DNA of 63,127 nucleotides, filler included, from Reticulomyxa filosa (lineage: Eukaryota; Protista; Foraminifera): assembly GCA_000512085.1 (NCBI GenBank). It is 15 parts of 15 records of this genome, joined end to end, with 100 filler letters (N's around TTAATTAATTAA, not from the genome) between each part and the next. Parts side by side here need not be neighbours in the genome. Positions count along the whole stretch, not along the records: positions 49,953 to 52,000 come from ASPP01017169.1; positions 52,101 to 54,466 come from ASPP01002446.1; positions 54,567 to 60,084 come from ASPP01005922.1; positions 60,185 to 61,746 come from ASPP01019593.1; positions 61,847 to 63,127 come from ASPP01014367.1; 10 more parts are not named here. One strand, given 5' to 3'. The notes beneath the pieces were generated by a model. The model was not told the origin of the DNA and did not search any database. It saw only the letters and a program-made list of their open reading frames with translations. Shown piece after piece: positions 51,637 to 63,127 of this stretch (the first letter of the stretch is position 1; the number at the start of each line of letters is the position of its first letter). The position numbers and the translations under genes were made by a program.

Positions 51637-51960
51637 CTTCTTTCAAGGTAGGTACCCCTTTTTTTTTAAGTGCCGCCTTTCGTATTTTTCTTCCTTTTTT
51701 TTGTACATTCGAAAACAGGCTTCATCTTACGTAATGCAATAAAGCAGGCTCCAATAGATGCCACTTAAAATTTACACATCTTGCCAGCAACTATCCTTGA
51801 TTTAAAAGAGAGGCAATTGGAGCAGAAAGACTGACATTTCTGAAAAGGAACTGACTTCAAATCAGAAAGTGAGTGTTATTTGAAGGAAAAAAAGAAGATA
51901 ATGAATAAAAATTGTGTTTACTCAAAACATAAAACGATAAAAAAAAAAAAAGGGGCTGTT

Positions 51961-51999
<39 letters not shown>

Positions 52000-52000
52000 G

Positions 52001-52100
52001 NNNNNNNNNNNNNNNNNNNNNNNNNNNNNNNNNNNNNNNNNNNNTTAATTAATTAANNNNNNNNNNNNNNNNNNNNNNNNNNNNNNNNNNNNNNNNNNNN
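52001..52100. other. Artificial contig spacer
   Basis: N44-TTAATTAATTAA-N44. Confidence 0.98.
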
Positions 52101-52132
52101 CAAGCCCTTATCACACATGGTTGAACTCGTAT

Positions 52133-52171
52133 GGAACTGAGGAGCTCCCTTTGGGTTAAACTTCCTCAGTT
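52133..52171 (+). other. Degenerate hammerhead-ribozyme-like motif
   Basis: GGAA CTGAGGA GCTC ccttt GGGT TAAAC; matches CUGANGA-stem II-GAAAC except G12 is T. Confidence 0.3.
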
Positions 52172-52957
52172 AACTACTTCTTACTTCCTTGTTTTTCTTA
52201 CTTTACTTTTTGTCATTATTCTCTTTAATTACTTTCCTTTTACTGAAATTGTTCTTTTGGAACTAAGTTCCTTTCGTATTACATTTAGTACAGTTCTCCA
52301 CAGTAGACTCCCCACAATCTTTTAAAAAAAATTTGTTGTCATGTGGATCGCTATTGACAATTAGTGAAGAAATATGACAGGCAATCATCACATCAAATTA
52401 AACTGTTTTTTTTAATTTGAAAAAATATTTATTCTTTCAAAACTATACTTTAAACTATTGTGCTTTGTTCATATCTGGCTTACTTTCTTTAAGCTTGTTG
52501 CTATTTACTTCATTTTTTTTTGAAAATTTGCGCAAAGAACAAAAGCTTCGCATCAACTTTCTTGCTGTACTTTTCCTACACTATTTTTTTAAAATTTGGT
52601 TCAAACTTGTGGTTTGATAAATTTCATTTTTTGAGAATTCATTATTTTTTTTGATTTAACAGAAGTTAAAAGTTTTTGAGATTGTAAATACGAGGCGTTA
52701 AACAAGCATGGTAAACGCAACTCTCTTTTGAAAATTGAAAAAGCGGCCACTATTGTGAGCACATTGTGTACGAACAAAGCGAGAACGAACGTTCAAAAGA
52801 AGTAACAATTGCACCCTTTGGCATAACTGGGATGTCCATATTCTAATTCATACTCTTTTTTTGTTTGAGATTTTTATCATTTCAAGTTAAATGCACAAAA
52901 TCTCTGTACAACAAGCCAAGATTCAACAAAACAAAATAAATATAGAACCAATAAAAA

Positions 52958-54430
52958 ATGTCGAAAGAAGGCGTAACTCGTTTGGATCGATGGGCTTGTG
53001 GATCTTCAGACGTGACGTTGGAAGGCCAAGAAGCGACAGCAACACAAAAAAAACTCTCGAACATATATGGGGAGGCAATTGTAGCAGCGGGTCGTGCAGA
53101 ATGGGACATTAAACTAGAATTTGAAGGATATGGTGGAATAGTGGTTGGATTGTGGAGACATAATTTGGCAGACAAAAACAGTTATAAACACGTATACACA
53201 CTATAAGGAAGGAAGGAGGGAAGGGGGAAAAGAGAGGATTTCTGCCCCCCCTTGTTCAAAAAAAAAAAAAAAAAAAAAATTTTTTTTTGATAGGTTTTTT
53301 TCAAATAATAAATAAACACCCAATTTAAACAGATTTGGAACAGCTACCGTTGGACAATGAGCAATTTGTAAATTTCGAGAATGGGTATGGATTTTCGAAC
53401 AAAACAGGTGAGTTTATAGAAAACAAAGAAAGAAAGAACTATTCGCAAACACCTTGGAAACGCGGTTCGGTGTTGACATTGCATTTGGATATGACAAGTC
53501 AAACATTGACGTATTCTGTTGACGGGAAGCAACTGGGCCCGGCCAAAGATGGCTTGCCCCGTGGCGCATATCGATTGGCGGCAAAGTTGCAATTCCAAGA
53601 ACAAAAACTGAACATTTTGCGATTTTGGACTTCGTTAGAAGGTATTGTTGTTGTTTTTATTGTATGTTCATAGATCCAATATCAGTTTGTATTATTATTA
53701 TTATTTATTATTGTTGTTGCTGGGGGGGGGGTGTAACTAAATCCGTAAAAAGATAATGGTGTGGTACAAGTCCCAAATGGGGTCAAAGAACCAAGTGCAA
53801 CCAAAGAACAAGGAAATAACGAAGAATCGAATAAGCCCACAGAAAGTTCTACCGACGGTGATGTTCAAAAAGAAGTGATTGACAATAATAACGCATCGCA
53901 AGTGGAGGTGACAAAGCGGAAAATGATCCAAATCCAACTACAACTGAGCATTCATCTGTAAATGCTAATTCACTCAACAACAATGATCAAAATAACAACA
54001 CTGACAGCAACAGCAACAGCAACAACAATAACAACAACAACAATAACAGTAACAACACTGAGCCGAACCCCAACAATCAAGGCGCTCGCCCTATTGATAA
54101 TGCATCTCCACCGAATCAAGATCCAACTACCGACCCAGCTAAGAAGTTAACCTTACTTTTCATTGCTATTCATTACTTCAATTTTTTTTTTTTTCCCCTC
54201 CTGCCCCTCCCCCCTTCTTGTTTTTGTGACCGCGTTCATTGTTCTCACAAATACAAAGCGAGAAGTTACATTTGATGAACAGTTGATCACTGTCCATCTT
54301 TTATTATTATTATTATTATTGCATATTTTTCGCTGTGTCTTGCAACACGCAAATAGAGGAAAGCATGGAAGAAGTTATTCATTGACCGAAATGAGAGACC
54401 AAATCCGACAACAAAAGAGGTATTCTAAAT

Positions 54431-54466
<36 letters not shown>
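52958..54466 (+). CDS. B30.2/SPRY-domain protein with an Asn-rich tail (3' truncated)
   Basis: GRAEWDIK..GIVVGL, GYGFSNKTG, WKRGSVLTLHLDMTSQTLTYSVDGKQLGPA..LPRGAYRLA (SPRY beta-sandwich pattern). Confidence 0.8.
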
Positions 54467-54566
54467 NNNNNNNNNNNNNNNNNNNNNNNNNNNNNNNNNN
54501 NNNNNNNNNNTTAATTAATTAANNNNNNNNNNNNNNNNNNNNNNNNNNNNNNNNNNNNNNNNNNNN
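54467..54566. other. Artificial contig spacer
   Basis: N44-TTAATTAATTAA-N44. Confidence 0.98.
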
Positions 54567-55563
54567 TATTATTATTATTATTATTATTATTTTCTTTATA
54601 TTCTTTTTTTTTTCTTCCTTTTCTTCTTCTAATATATATCCTTCTATAATTGATTCTTCATGTAATACAAATAACCATTTATCATTATTTATATTTTCAT
54701 TAATTATTAAATCACATATTGGTTTATGTCTATAAGATGATTTTAATAAATTTGTTGGTAATAATTTATGTCCTACATAATCTAACATTTTATAAGATAA
54801 TGTTGATAATGATGATGATAATGATGATGATAATGGTGATGTTAATGATATTAATTCACATTTTGAAATATTTGTTGTTCCAAACCAAGAATTTTCATTC
54901 CAATATTTAAATTCTGATACATTACCATTTTCAAATCCTATAAATATTCTACCATTATTATTACCTATTATTTTTTTTACTGTTTCTGTTTCATTTATTG
55001 ATATTTTAAATTTTGTTTCATGTCCTTTCATATCATTATCAATTTGATCATTTGCAAATTCTAATGCTGTTAATATAATATCTGTTTTCGTTGCAATTAT
55101 TAATACATATTCAATTTCTATTAATTATTTATTTATTTATTTCTTTATTTATTTATTATGTATATAAAAATTATTTTTTTTTATACGTACCTTTTACAAA
55201 TATCTCCGATTTTGCTTTTATTACACCAACACATGTTATTTGACTTCCTATATTTGTTATTGAATTCCATCTTTTTTCACTAATGTAATTCCATAAATAT
55301 AATTTATCTCCTATTGCAAATGATACTCGATTTATACTTTCAAATACACCAATTGATATTACATTATTATTTTTAAATGCTTCTATTATTGGTGTTGGTA
55401 TTTGACATTCACTAGATAAACGTAATCTATTTCTTTCTTCATTATGATAAATACCATTCTCTAATGTTTTTAATCCTTCAAACAAGTCAAGTGTACACTC
55501 ATCGTGACTCAAACAACTTTCCATCAAATCTCCCCAAGATGCTGTTGAAATAATTGCAGACAT
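54567..55563 (-). CDS. NUP155: Nucleoporin Nup155/Nup170, N-terminal beta-propeller (3' truncated)
   Basis: IGVFESINRVSFAIGDKLYLWNY, ITCVGVIKAKSEIF, YVLIIAT, GRIFIGFENGNVSEFKY..SWF, matching the Nup155 pattern GxFPEIxRxWxxxDxxxxLWNY..GRIF..WF. Confidence 0.85.
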
Positions 55564-57232
55564 TTTTTTTTTTTTAAGTTAGTGAATACTTGTTCTTTTT
55601 TTTTTAAAAGGAATAATGCTCAAAAACAAAAAGTGCTTTTTTTTAAAAAAAGGATTCGTTCACATAGACTTTTTTTTTAATCATCACAATCTTGATCCCT
55701 GTTTAGTTATAACTAGCTCAAAATACAAAAACAAAATGATTCCACAAAAATAAAAGTCTTTGATCAATTTTTCAAAAAAATGTTTTGGGAAGACTACTGA
55801 CTGGTAACAAGAACTTCAACATTCATTTTTTTTGCCGTACATTCTTTAAAAAAATGATCTTCCGTTTTTTTGTGATTGGATTTTCAATATCACAGACAAT
55901 GCCATTACAGAAACAAACAAAGCTATAATCAAGCAGACTTACTCATAAAATACACACGTATTTGCATTACCATTGTTTGGCCCTGTTTACTTTGTTCTTG
56001 TTGAAAGAGCGTTCTCCTTTCAAAAAAAAAACTATTTGACACTACTTTGAGTATGGAAGGAAAAAGAAAAACAAAAAAAACTTTCTTTTTTGGTTGTTAC
56101 AACAAAGAATGTGTTTCTTTTAGCAAATGAATAATCAAAATTGAGACACTAACTTGCTGTCCTTACGTAAAATCGAAACAACACAGTGAAATTGTGTTAA
56201 ATGAACATGGAAACACTGAATTTGTGTGTTTAACGATAGAAAGGAATTTGAGATTCTAAAACAAAACAATACGAAATATTCAATTGTGAAAAATGGCATG
56301 CGTATATGTCTTAATTTCAGTTATTATTTAACAGATGTCTTTTTTAATTTGGCTGTTGTAGTTCAAAAAATATAAGCTAATGTGCTGTCAAGTCAAAGTA
56401 CAATAACAAAATAATATCACAAAAATTTAAACAACTTCTGAAAATATGTCAAAAAATCAGGTTGATTTTAAATATTTATATTATTTTAGTCAAGGATAAT
56501 ATGCAAAGTTTCGTTATTTTTTTGATTAATGTTGCATTGAAAAAATTATTATTTTGTATTTACATTTTTTTTAACACCAGACAAATCTTTGCGGTAGATC
56601 AAAAAGCAACATAAATGACTAAAAAAAATTGCTAAGTATTTTTTAGCAAAATGATAAAGCGTTTATCTATATATTAAAATATGCAAAGTTTTTGTACGAT
56701 GTGAAAATATTGTTTGTCAGTTGTTGCAATGTACACGTCTGGACTTCTTTGTTTGGAATAACTTGCTACATCAAGTAACAAAGTTTAATATGAATAGCCG
56801 GCTTGTTAAAGAAGTTGGGTATGTTGATAGCGTACAACAATAATTTGAATTAATATCATTTTCAACAGTTGTATCAGTGAGCTTTTAGTTCAAAGGTATC
56901 ACTTTTAAAAAAAATGCAACTGAAACATTTGAAAAAAGCATGTCATTGATACATTGTTAAAAGAAAGCCCCAGCAATTGAAAAAGTAGACATAAGAGGCA
57001 TGACAAAAACAAATTACAACAGTGCGAATAGTAATTGTATGTTCATAACAAAGGTGTTCTCCTTTCTCTCTTTGAAGTTAATAAAGAAAGCGAATGAAAA
57101 GTGAGCCGATTTGAAAACAGCACTTTTCAAAAGGGGAAAAGAATGCATAGAAAAGTATTGAATTGCTTGTACGTTATATATGTATATATGTATGTGTGTG
57201 TATGTTATAATAGTTTTAAAAAAAAGTACAAT

Positions 57233-58295
57233 TCAATAAGGTGGTTTTTGCCAAGTTGTATGATTTCCAAAGCGAATGGTAATTTGCACTTCTTGATAAG
57301 GATTGCACACAGGGACGACCCTATATGGAATTTTTTCAAATCCAATACCCAAGCATATTCCATTTCGATAAATCCAACATAGAGCCTCTTGCCGAGTAGT
57401 TTTGTGATTGTTGTGATATTTCATGAGAAAGCCTAAACGATCACCACTTTTCCATTGATTCAAATGTGTATCTGTAGAGTCACCATTTATGGTTGACTCT
57501 TTTTTGTCAATTAAACCAGTGTCTCGGATTTCTTCATGCATATTCCGAAACATGTACTTATTTTTGTTTGCACATTGGTGGCACTCTGTCCATTCGCTGT
57601 TCTCTGACACCATTGCTAAGAATCCTCCTCTGTGTTTTTTGCAGCCATCACAAGGCGTCAGATCAAATATCAATTTATTTTCCTTATTTTTTACTCCCAT
57701 GAAACCTTCTCGTTTCAAATAGATATGTCCATTCCAAAAAAAAAAAAAATACAATACAAGTTTGAAAAGAAATGTTGAGAACGAAAAGAGGGAGGGACTG
57801 AAAACAACTTATTGCTTTGCTAGTTTATGGAAAGTACGTATACCCATCATTGTTTCTGTCCTTGCCCCCTCTTTTTTTTTTTTTGGCTGATTGGAAAAGA
57901 TTAAAAAACAAACCAATATATAAGTATGGCTTCCATTCTTCGTCATGGTGATGGATGTTGTCCAGCTCAAATTCAAAACTCTCCATAGATGTGCCTTCAT
58001 TCAATTCAAGCACTTTATTTGCAATCACAAATGAATATCCTCGCGACTTGGTTTTGAAGGTACTGTTGTCGTTTAGGAATTCAATTTTTGCTAGAGGCTC
58101 TACCAACTGAACTGTATTCCATTGTAAAATGCGGGTGTATTCAAATATGATTCTGTCAAACTCGTCAATCCACCCAAACCAGATTTCACTTAGTCGAAGC
58201 CAATGCTTCAGAAATGTATTTCCAATACTTTGCTCAATCTTCGTGGAAGGGCAATTGAGGAAAAGGATATCTTCATCAATCGAAATATCTGACAT
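57233..58295 (-). CDS. Divergent SPRY-like domain protein with a CxxC..CxxC insertion
   Basis: WKSGDRLGFLM..WIYRNGICLGIGFEKIP..VVPV (SPRY C-terminal strands); PCDGC and ECHQC pairs. Confidence 0.6.
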
Positions 58296-58646
58296 GATGA
58301 AATTATGTGTTCCTCGCACAGGCTTAAAGTTTTTTCTTCCGTTATTGAGCAACCATAAGAATTTAGAATTGTGTTGTGATTATTGCAGCAAACACATAAA
58401 CTTAAGTTAATAAGTCAATATTTAAAATGTACTCATGAAGGTCAACGTTTCTGTTTTTCTTTGGTGAACAGCATTTTATCTATCCACTTTTAAAATAATT
58501 TTTGTACTAAAGCTTCAAAATGTGCTTTATGAGAAAAAAGGCGTAATTTTCCTTCAAATTGTGCGTTTTGTTCAGAGAAACAAAAAGGTCTTTGTTACAA
58601 AAGTTTTGTGGTAGGATCCTGCTGCCCCTCAAGCACCATTTTTGTA

Positions 58647-60084
58647 ATGGGTTCTTGTATATCAATACAACGTAGTATCGATGCTCACATAAGTCATGAT
58701 CGTAGTGCTGACGAACAAGTGAGGCGTTTGCTATTGCTTGGTACAGGCTCATCGGGCAAATCAACACTTTTTAAACAAATGTGCGGGGGTGTTTTTGTAG
58801 ATCGTTGTTGCTTGTTTAATAATGTTGTAACTTTTGTTGTTTTTTTTTTTGGAACCGAGTTAAGGAAGCCCACAAAAAAAAAAAAAAAAAGAAAATGCAT
58901 TCGAGGTGATCCGTTTTCGGAACAAGAGTGTATAAGTTCGTTACAAATAATTCGTTCGAATTGTGTGCAGGCGATCTTCACATTGTTACAAAAAGCGGAT
59001 GAGATGTACAACAGAGGTGAGAAGGAGTGTTTTGTAGATTACGAAGATGCAGAGATTCGATCGATGGTGATGGAGTTGCATCGGTGGTGGAAACGAATAG
59101 GCCAAAGGATATTCGATATTGGTTTCACGAGCGGTGGAAGTGAGTTTGGTGAAATGACTCACAAAAAAAAAACCACGACGATAGACAATAATGACAGCGA
59201 GCAAGTGAAAAAAGCGCCATTGTCGTCGTTGGAAGAGAAAGAGCTAAAGGATAATGCCGAAGGAGCCAAAGGGGGAGAATTTTCCAAAATCTTCCCCTTT
59301 TCGGAAGAGACGAGTAGCTATGACTGGGACGCCATCGAACGAATGGGGGGTATCATCGCCAAACTATGGAATTTGCAAGGTGTACGTCATTGCTTTCTCG
59401 AAAGGCAGTGTTTCGGATTGCCCGACAACATGGACTATTACCTCGATAAAGTTGAGGCCGTTATGAAGTTTGACTACGTGTGTACCTCCGAAGATTGTCT
59501 CAAAGTCAGTAGTCGTACCACCGGCTTCTGCAGTTACCATTACGAGGACGACGAAATTCAAGGCTACCAGTTTTTCATTTATGATCTTGGAGGTGCGTTT
59601 AAAACCGATTCTACTAATTTCTGTGTATATATATGTACATATACATATACATATATATACATTTATGTATATGCATATGACAAATGTATATATATGTATA
59701 TGTATGTATGTGTGCACATTTATACGTGTCAAAATTTTTTCTTTGTCGTATACAACGTTATTAGTGAGGTCATTGCAGATTGACCTTGTCTCAGTCTTTA
59801 TTTACATTTTATATTATATTATTATGTACGTATACAATACAGCCTACATATATATGTGCATGTATCATATGTCTGCTTTTTTTTTTTTTTTTTTTTGCAT
59901 GTGAAAGAACAGGCCAGCGAAGCGAACGTCGCAAATGGATTGAACACTTTTGTGCTGTTGATGCACTGATCTTTGTGGCCGCTCTCAATCATTATGCTTC
60001 TATCCTGTTTGAAGACGAAAGGAAAAATTCTATGCATGAAAGTTTGGTTTCAATTTTGCCCCTCTTTTTTTTTTTTTTTTTTGG
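58647..60084 (+). CDS. Heterotrimeric G-protein alpha subunit (3' truncated)
   Basis: MGSCIS lipidation motif, [42 protein letters not shown]|[26 protein letters not shown]. Confidence 0.95.
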
Positions 60085-60184
60085 NNNNNNNNNNNNNNNN
60101 NNNNNNNNNNNNNNNNNNNNNNNNNNNNTTAATTAATTAANNNNNNNNNNNNNNNNNNNNNNNNNNNNNNNNNNNNNNNNNNNN
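60085..60184. other. Artificial contig spacer
   Basis: N44-TTAATTAATTAA-N44. Confidence 0.98.
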
Positions 60185-60327
60185 AAAAAAAAAAAAAAAG
60201 AAAAAATGGGATATTCTCCCAAAAAACGTTGAAGAAATGCGCACTAGCGCATTGTCCAAAGAAGAATAGGGGGGAGGGCATGAAGTGAAAAACGCCCAAG
60301 GATCCAGCATCAAGCAGCAAGGCACAC

Positions 60328-61746
60328 ACTCAAAGTTGGTTGCAAAGTAAAAACTGGCTCGTGTCAATATTGTGGGCGATGTCAAGTTTATTGGATTATA
60401 GCAAAGTAGATGAAGTGATCAGTTTGTAGTTGGCTCAATGGACACAGTGGCTCATGACGGAAAAATCAATGATGTGGTAGTTGCAGACGATTGGATCCAA
60501 GAAACAAAAATATCAAAGTTGGCGACTGTGTTGATTGGATCGTGTTTGGAAAGGCGTTGTGAAATAAATCGGCTTAACTGACTTTAGTCTCGGCGAAATG
60601 GGAATCGAATTTGATGATTGGTGGATCAATGATTATGATGAAATAAGTATTTCCAAGTTCACAAAAAAAAAATGCTATCTTTACTTTGTATGATCATATT
60701 TGTGTGCTTCAATACATTGTGGTGGAAACAGTAGCTACTTTGCTCGTCGACGTTCGGTGGCAAATATGATAGTGAAAAACGCTAAGGAGGACCCACCAAA
60801 GAAGCACAAATGTTTTTGAAGTCGGGGTATTCAAGACATTGAAAAGCACTTAGCCAACAACGAATCATTACATAAAAACCAAATCAAAAAGACCAATTCA
60901 AGAAAAGTTGCATAATTTGGAAACAGTCACTTATCCAACTCTGCAAGACTTGGGTGAAAAAAATACAGGAAGATACTCGGCAGTGAATGGAAGATGTACG
61001 AAATATTTTTGGATAATATCAAAAAAGCGGTTAAGGACAAGAGCGAAAAAGCGAGGAAGAAGTAGAATTAAATGATAACGACTTCGATGACGAAGACAAC
61101 ACAACGCCACCTCTGCGAACACCATTGCCAAAAATCCAATTCAAGATTGGGGACTATGTGAAGTTTTATCTCGAGTGAAAGTAAGAGTGGTGAAGTAAAT
61201 CGGAGAAACTGATTTGATGAAAGGATAGATCATCGGCTTGGAATTGGACACATGGAACCATTAGGGCACAATGGCACAGTGTGAGGAAAGAAACATTTTG
61301 CGTGAAATGGTCACGACGTACATTAGCCTTAATAGGCATTTCTCAATTAGTGATCCCTTTGGTGAAGCCATTTGACCCGAAAATCCCCAATGCAACCTTC
61401 AAATTGAAACAATTAAAAACAGACAATCGCATAGTTTCGTCAATTAAGGGGCGGCAGGCATCATCAAACACATTGGTTATCCTCCTTTTGCCGAGGACGA
61501 AATTGTTGGGATTGAATTGGATGAGTGGTGTGCGAACACTCATGATGGCAGCACCAGCAGCAATATAATCTTTGACACGTTACCTGGACGTGGCACCTTT
61601 GCAAGACGAAACAAAATCGAAAAGTTTAATCCAGAGAAAAAGAACTGGAAGAGGCAAAGATTCAATTGAAAATTGGAGACAACGTCAATTTAGCCAAGAA
61701 TCGTTCCGGAGTGGTCAAATAGATTGGCTCGGACCACCTCACTGAT
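60328..61746 (+). pseudogene. Decayed multi-CAP-Gly-domain gene (about five repeats)
   Basis: Remnants with stops and frameshifts: KVGCKV..GDVKFIG..AHDGK; KVGDCV..GVVK*IGLTDF..GIEFDDW; KIGDYV..VVK*IGETD..IIGLELD..HNGTV*GKKHF; GIIKHIGYPPFAEDEIVGIELDEW..HDGS; KIGDNV..GVVK*IG. Confidence 0.8.
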
Positions 61747-61846
61747 NNNNNNNNNNNNNNNNNNNNNNNNNNNNNNNNNNNNNNNNNNNNTTAATTAATT
61801 AANNNNNNNNNNNNNNNNNNNNNNNNNNNNNNNNNNNNNNNNNNNN
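61747..61846. other. Artificial contig spacer
   Basis: N44-TTAATTAATTAA-N44. Confidence 0.98.
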
Positions 61847-63050
61847 GTTGTTGTTGTTGTTTGTGATAGGTAGACTTGTATTTGAAAGTAGCCGCTCTGC
61901 CAGTGGAACCGCTGTGCAAGGATTGCAAAGCAACGGCCTTGCTCATGTTTTCTTTGTCCCTTTGTCCTTTTGATTGGTATTGGCGTTGCTGTGGCTTGTG
62001 TCTCTCTTGTCCTTGGTATTTGTTTTGGAAGTGTTCCTCGTTATCAGGTTCTCTTGCATTGGCCTCGTCCATGGGTGCACTGTCGCTGTCACTGTGGCTG
62101 CCACTGTCACTGTCTTCGCCATTGTCATTGTCATTATTATGATTGTGACCATGTCCATGACCATGGCTATGCATATGTGTATTTGTATTTGTATTTGCAT
62201 TTGCATTTTCATTTTCATGATCACGATCATGATTATGATTATGATTGTTATTATTATTATTATTATTATTGTCATTGTCGTCACTGCTACCACTGCCACT
62301 TCCACTATCGTTTCGAAGCGGCTTTTCAGTTATGTTGGAGATATGTCGTTCGTATCTTCGATCTTCGTGGATCATCGGTGGTTGTCTCGGTCTGTCGATT
62401 TCGTTTTTGATTTCCTTGTTGCCTTGGCCCATCTTTTTCGCGGGATGCTTGAAAGACACGGAAGTGGCGATGTTGCGGTTGGCCACGGAGTTTGGATGAA
62501 CTCCAACGACCGTCTTTGCCTTGGAGTGTTTTTTGATGTCGGTGATGGGTTCGACCATCGTGTTCCTCTGACCACGAGGATATTCATTATTGTGAAAGTA
62601 GTTTTTGCCATTGTCATCTCCACCCACATCACCATTACCATTGCCAATGGCATTGACATTGACATTGGTATTACCAATGCCACTCGAGTTCGGATTGGAA
62701 ATGATGGGTGGCAGTGGAGCTGCCGCAGACGCATTGCGATGAGCAAGGGCACGGATTTCATTGTCTGATGTCTTTTTAATTTTGTCGAGCGGCGAGGTGA
62801 CATGTTTGGTGGGTGGCAAAGACGTCGGGATGGGTTTGTCAGGAGGGAAGGCGTACAACTGCAAGTACTCTTCTATGACCTTTGGCGGAACACATAGTTT
62901 GGAATGGTCCATTGTCGCTTGGCGATTCCGTATTGCCAACGACGTGCCCGTCTGTGAGTTCATCATTGCACTGTTTTCGGGGTCTTCATTGTCTTTGAGA
63001 CAAATCAAGCACAAGTGAACTTTTATATGGTCCAGTCTCAGTGCTGACAT
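61847..63050 (-). CDS. Large internal exon of an unknown protein, mostly low complexity (Asn/His/Asp/Ser/Gln)
   Basis: ~400 open codons to the contig end, preceded by an intron-type TA microsatellite (63055-63127). Confidence 0.6.
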
Positions 63051-63127
63051 TTAAACATATGCATATATACATGTATATTTATGTATATATATATATATAT
63101 ATGTACATATATATACATATATATATA

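Noticed and set aside
59620-59880. YIYI/CICI/VYVY-type ORFs here and elsewhere
   Set aside because: Translations of intronic TA/CA microsatellites.

Overview
Eukaryotic, AT-rich, intron-rich genomic DNA. It is not one locus: 15 short contigs are joined by 14 identical artificial 100-nt spacers (N44-TTAATTAATTAA-N44), so neighbourhood across spacers means nothing. Composition, TA/CA-microsatellite and homopolymer-rich introns, Asn-rich inserts and mosaics of decayed signalling-gene fragments suggest a foraminiferan such as Reticulomyxa filosa (inference, not verified). Recognisable genes: coiled-coil/PX protein, bromodomain-like protein, DH-PH RhoGEF, small mitochondrial membrane protein, GH89 alpha-N-acetylglucosaminidase, mRNA guanylyltransferase, truncated archaemetzincin, PP2C, LIS1, MFS-like transporter, NUB1, two divergent G-alpha subunits, S10 carboxypeptidase, aquaporin, two SPRY proteins and Nup155. 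Also present are a decayed RNase H-bearing LINE end and kinase and CAP-Gly pseudogenes. Best leads: (1) a ~100-nt hairpin with an oligo-T tail and Y RNA-like signatures near the centre of a 2.16-kb inverted duplication of NAGLU; (2) a G-alpha lacking both the catalytic Arg and its P-loop Glu partner; (3) an in-frame UGA-CUA in an otherwise intact NUB1; (4) two related degenerate hammerhead-like motifs; (5) introns with A-rich rather than pyrimidine-rich 3' ends. All calls come from manual motif recognition; no database search was run.
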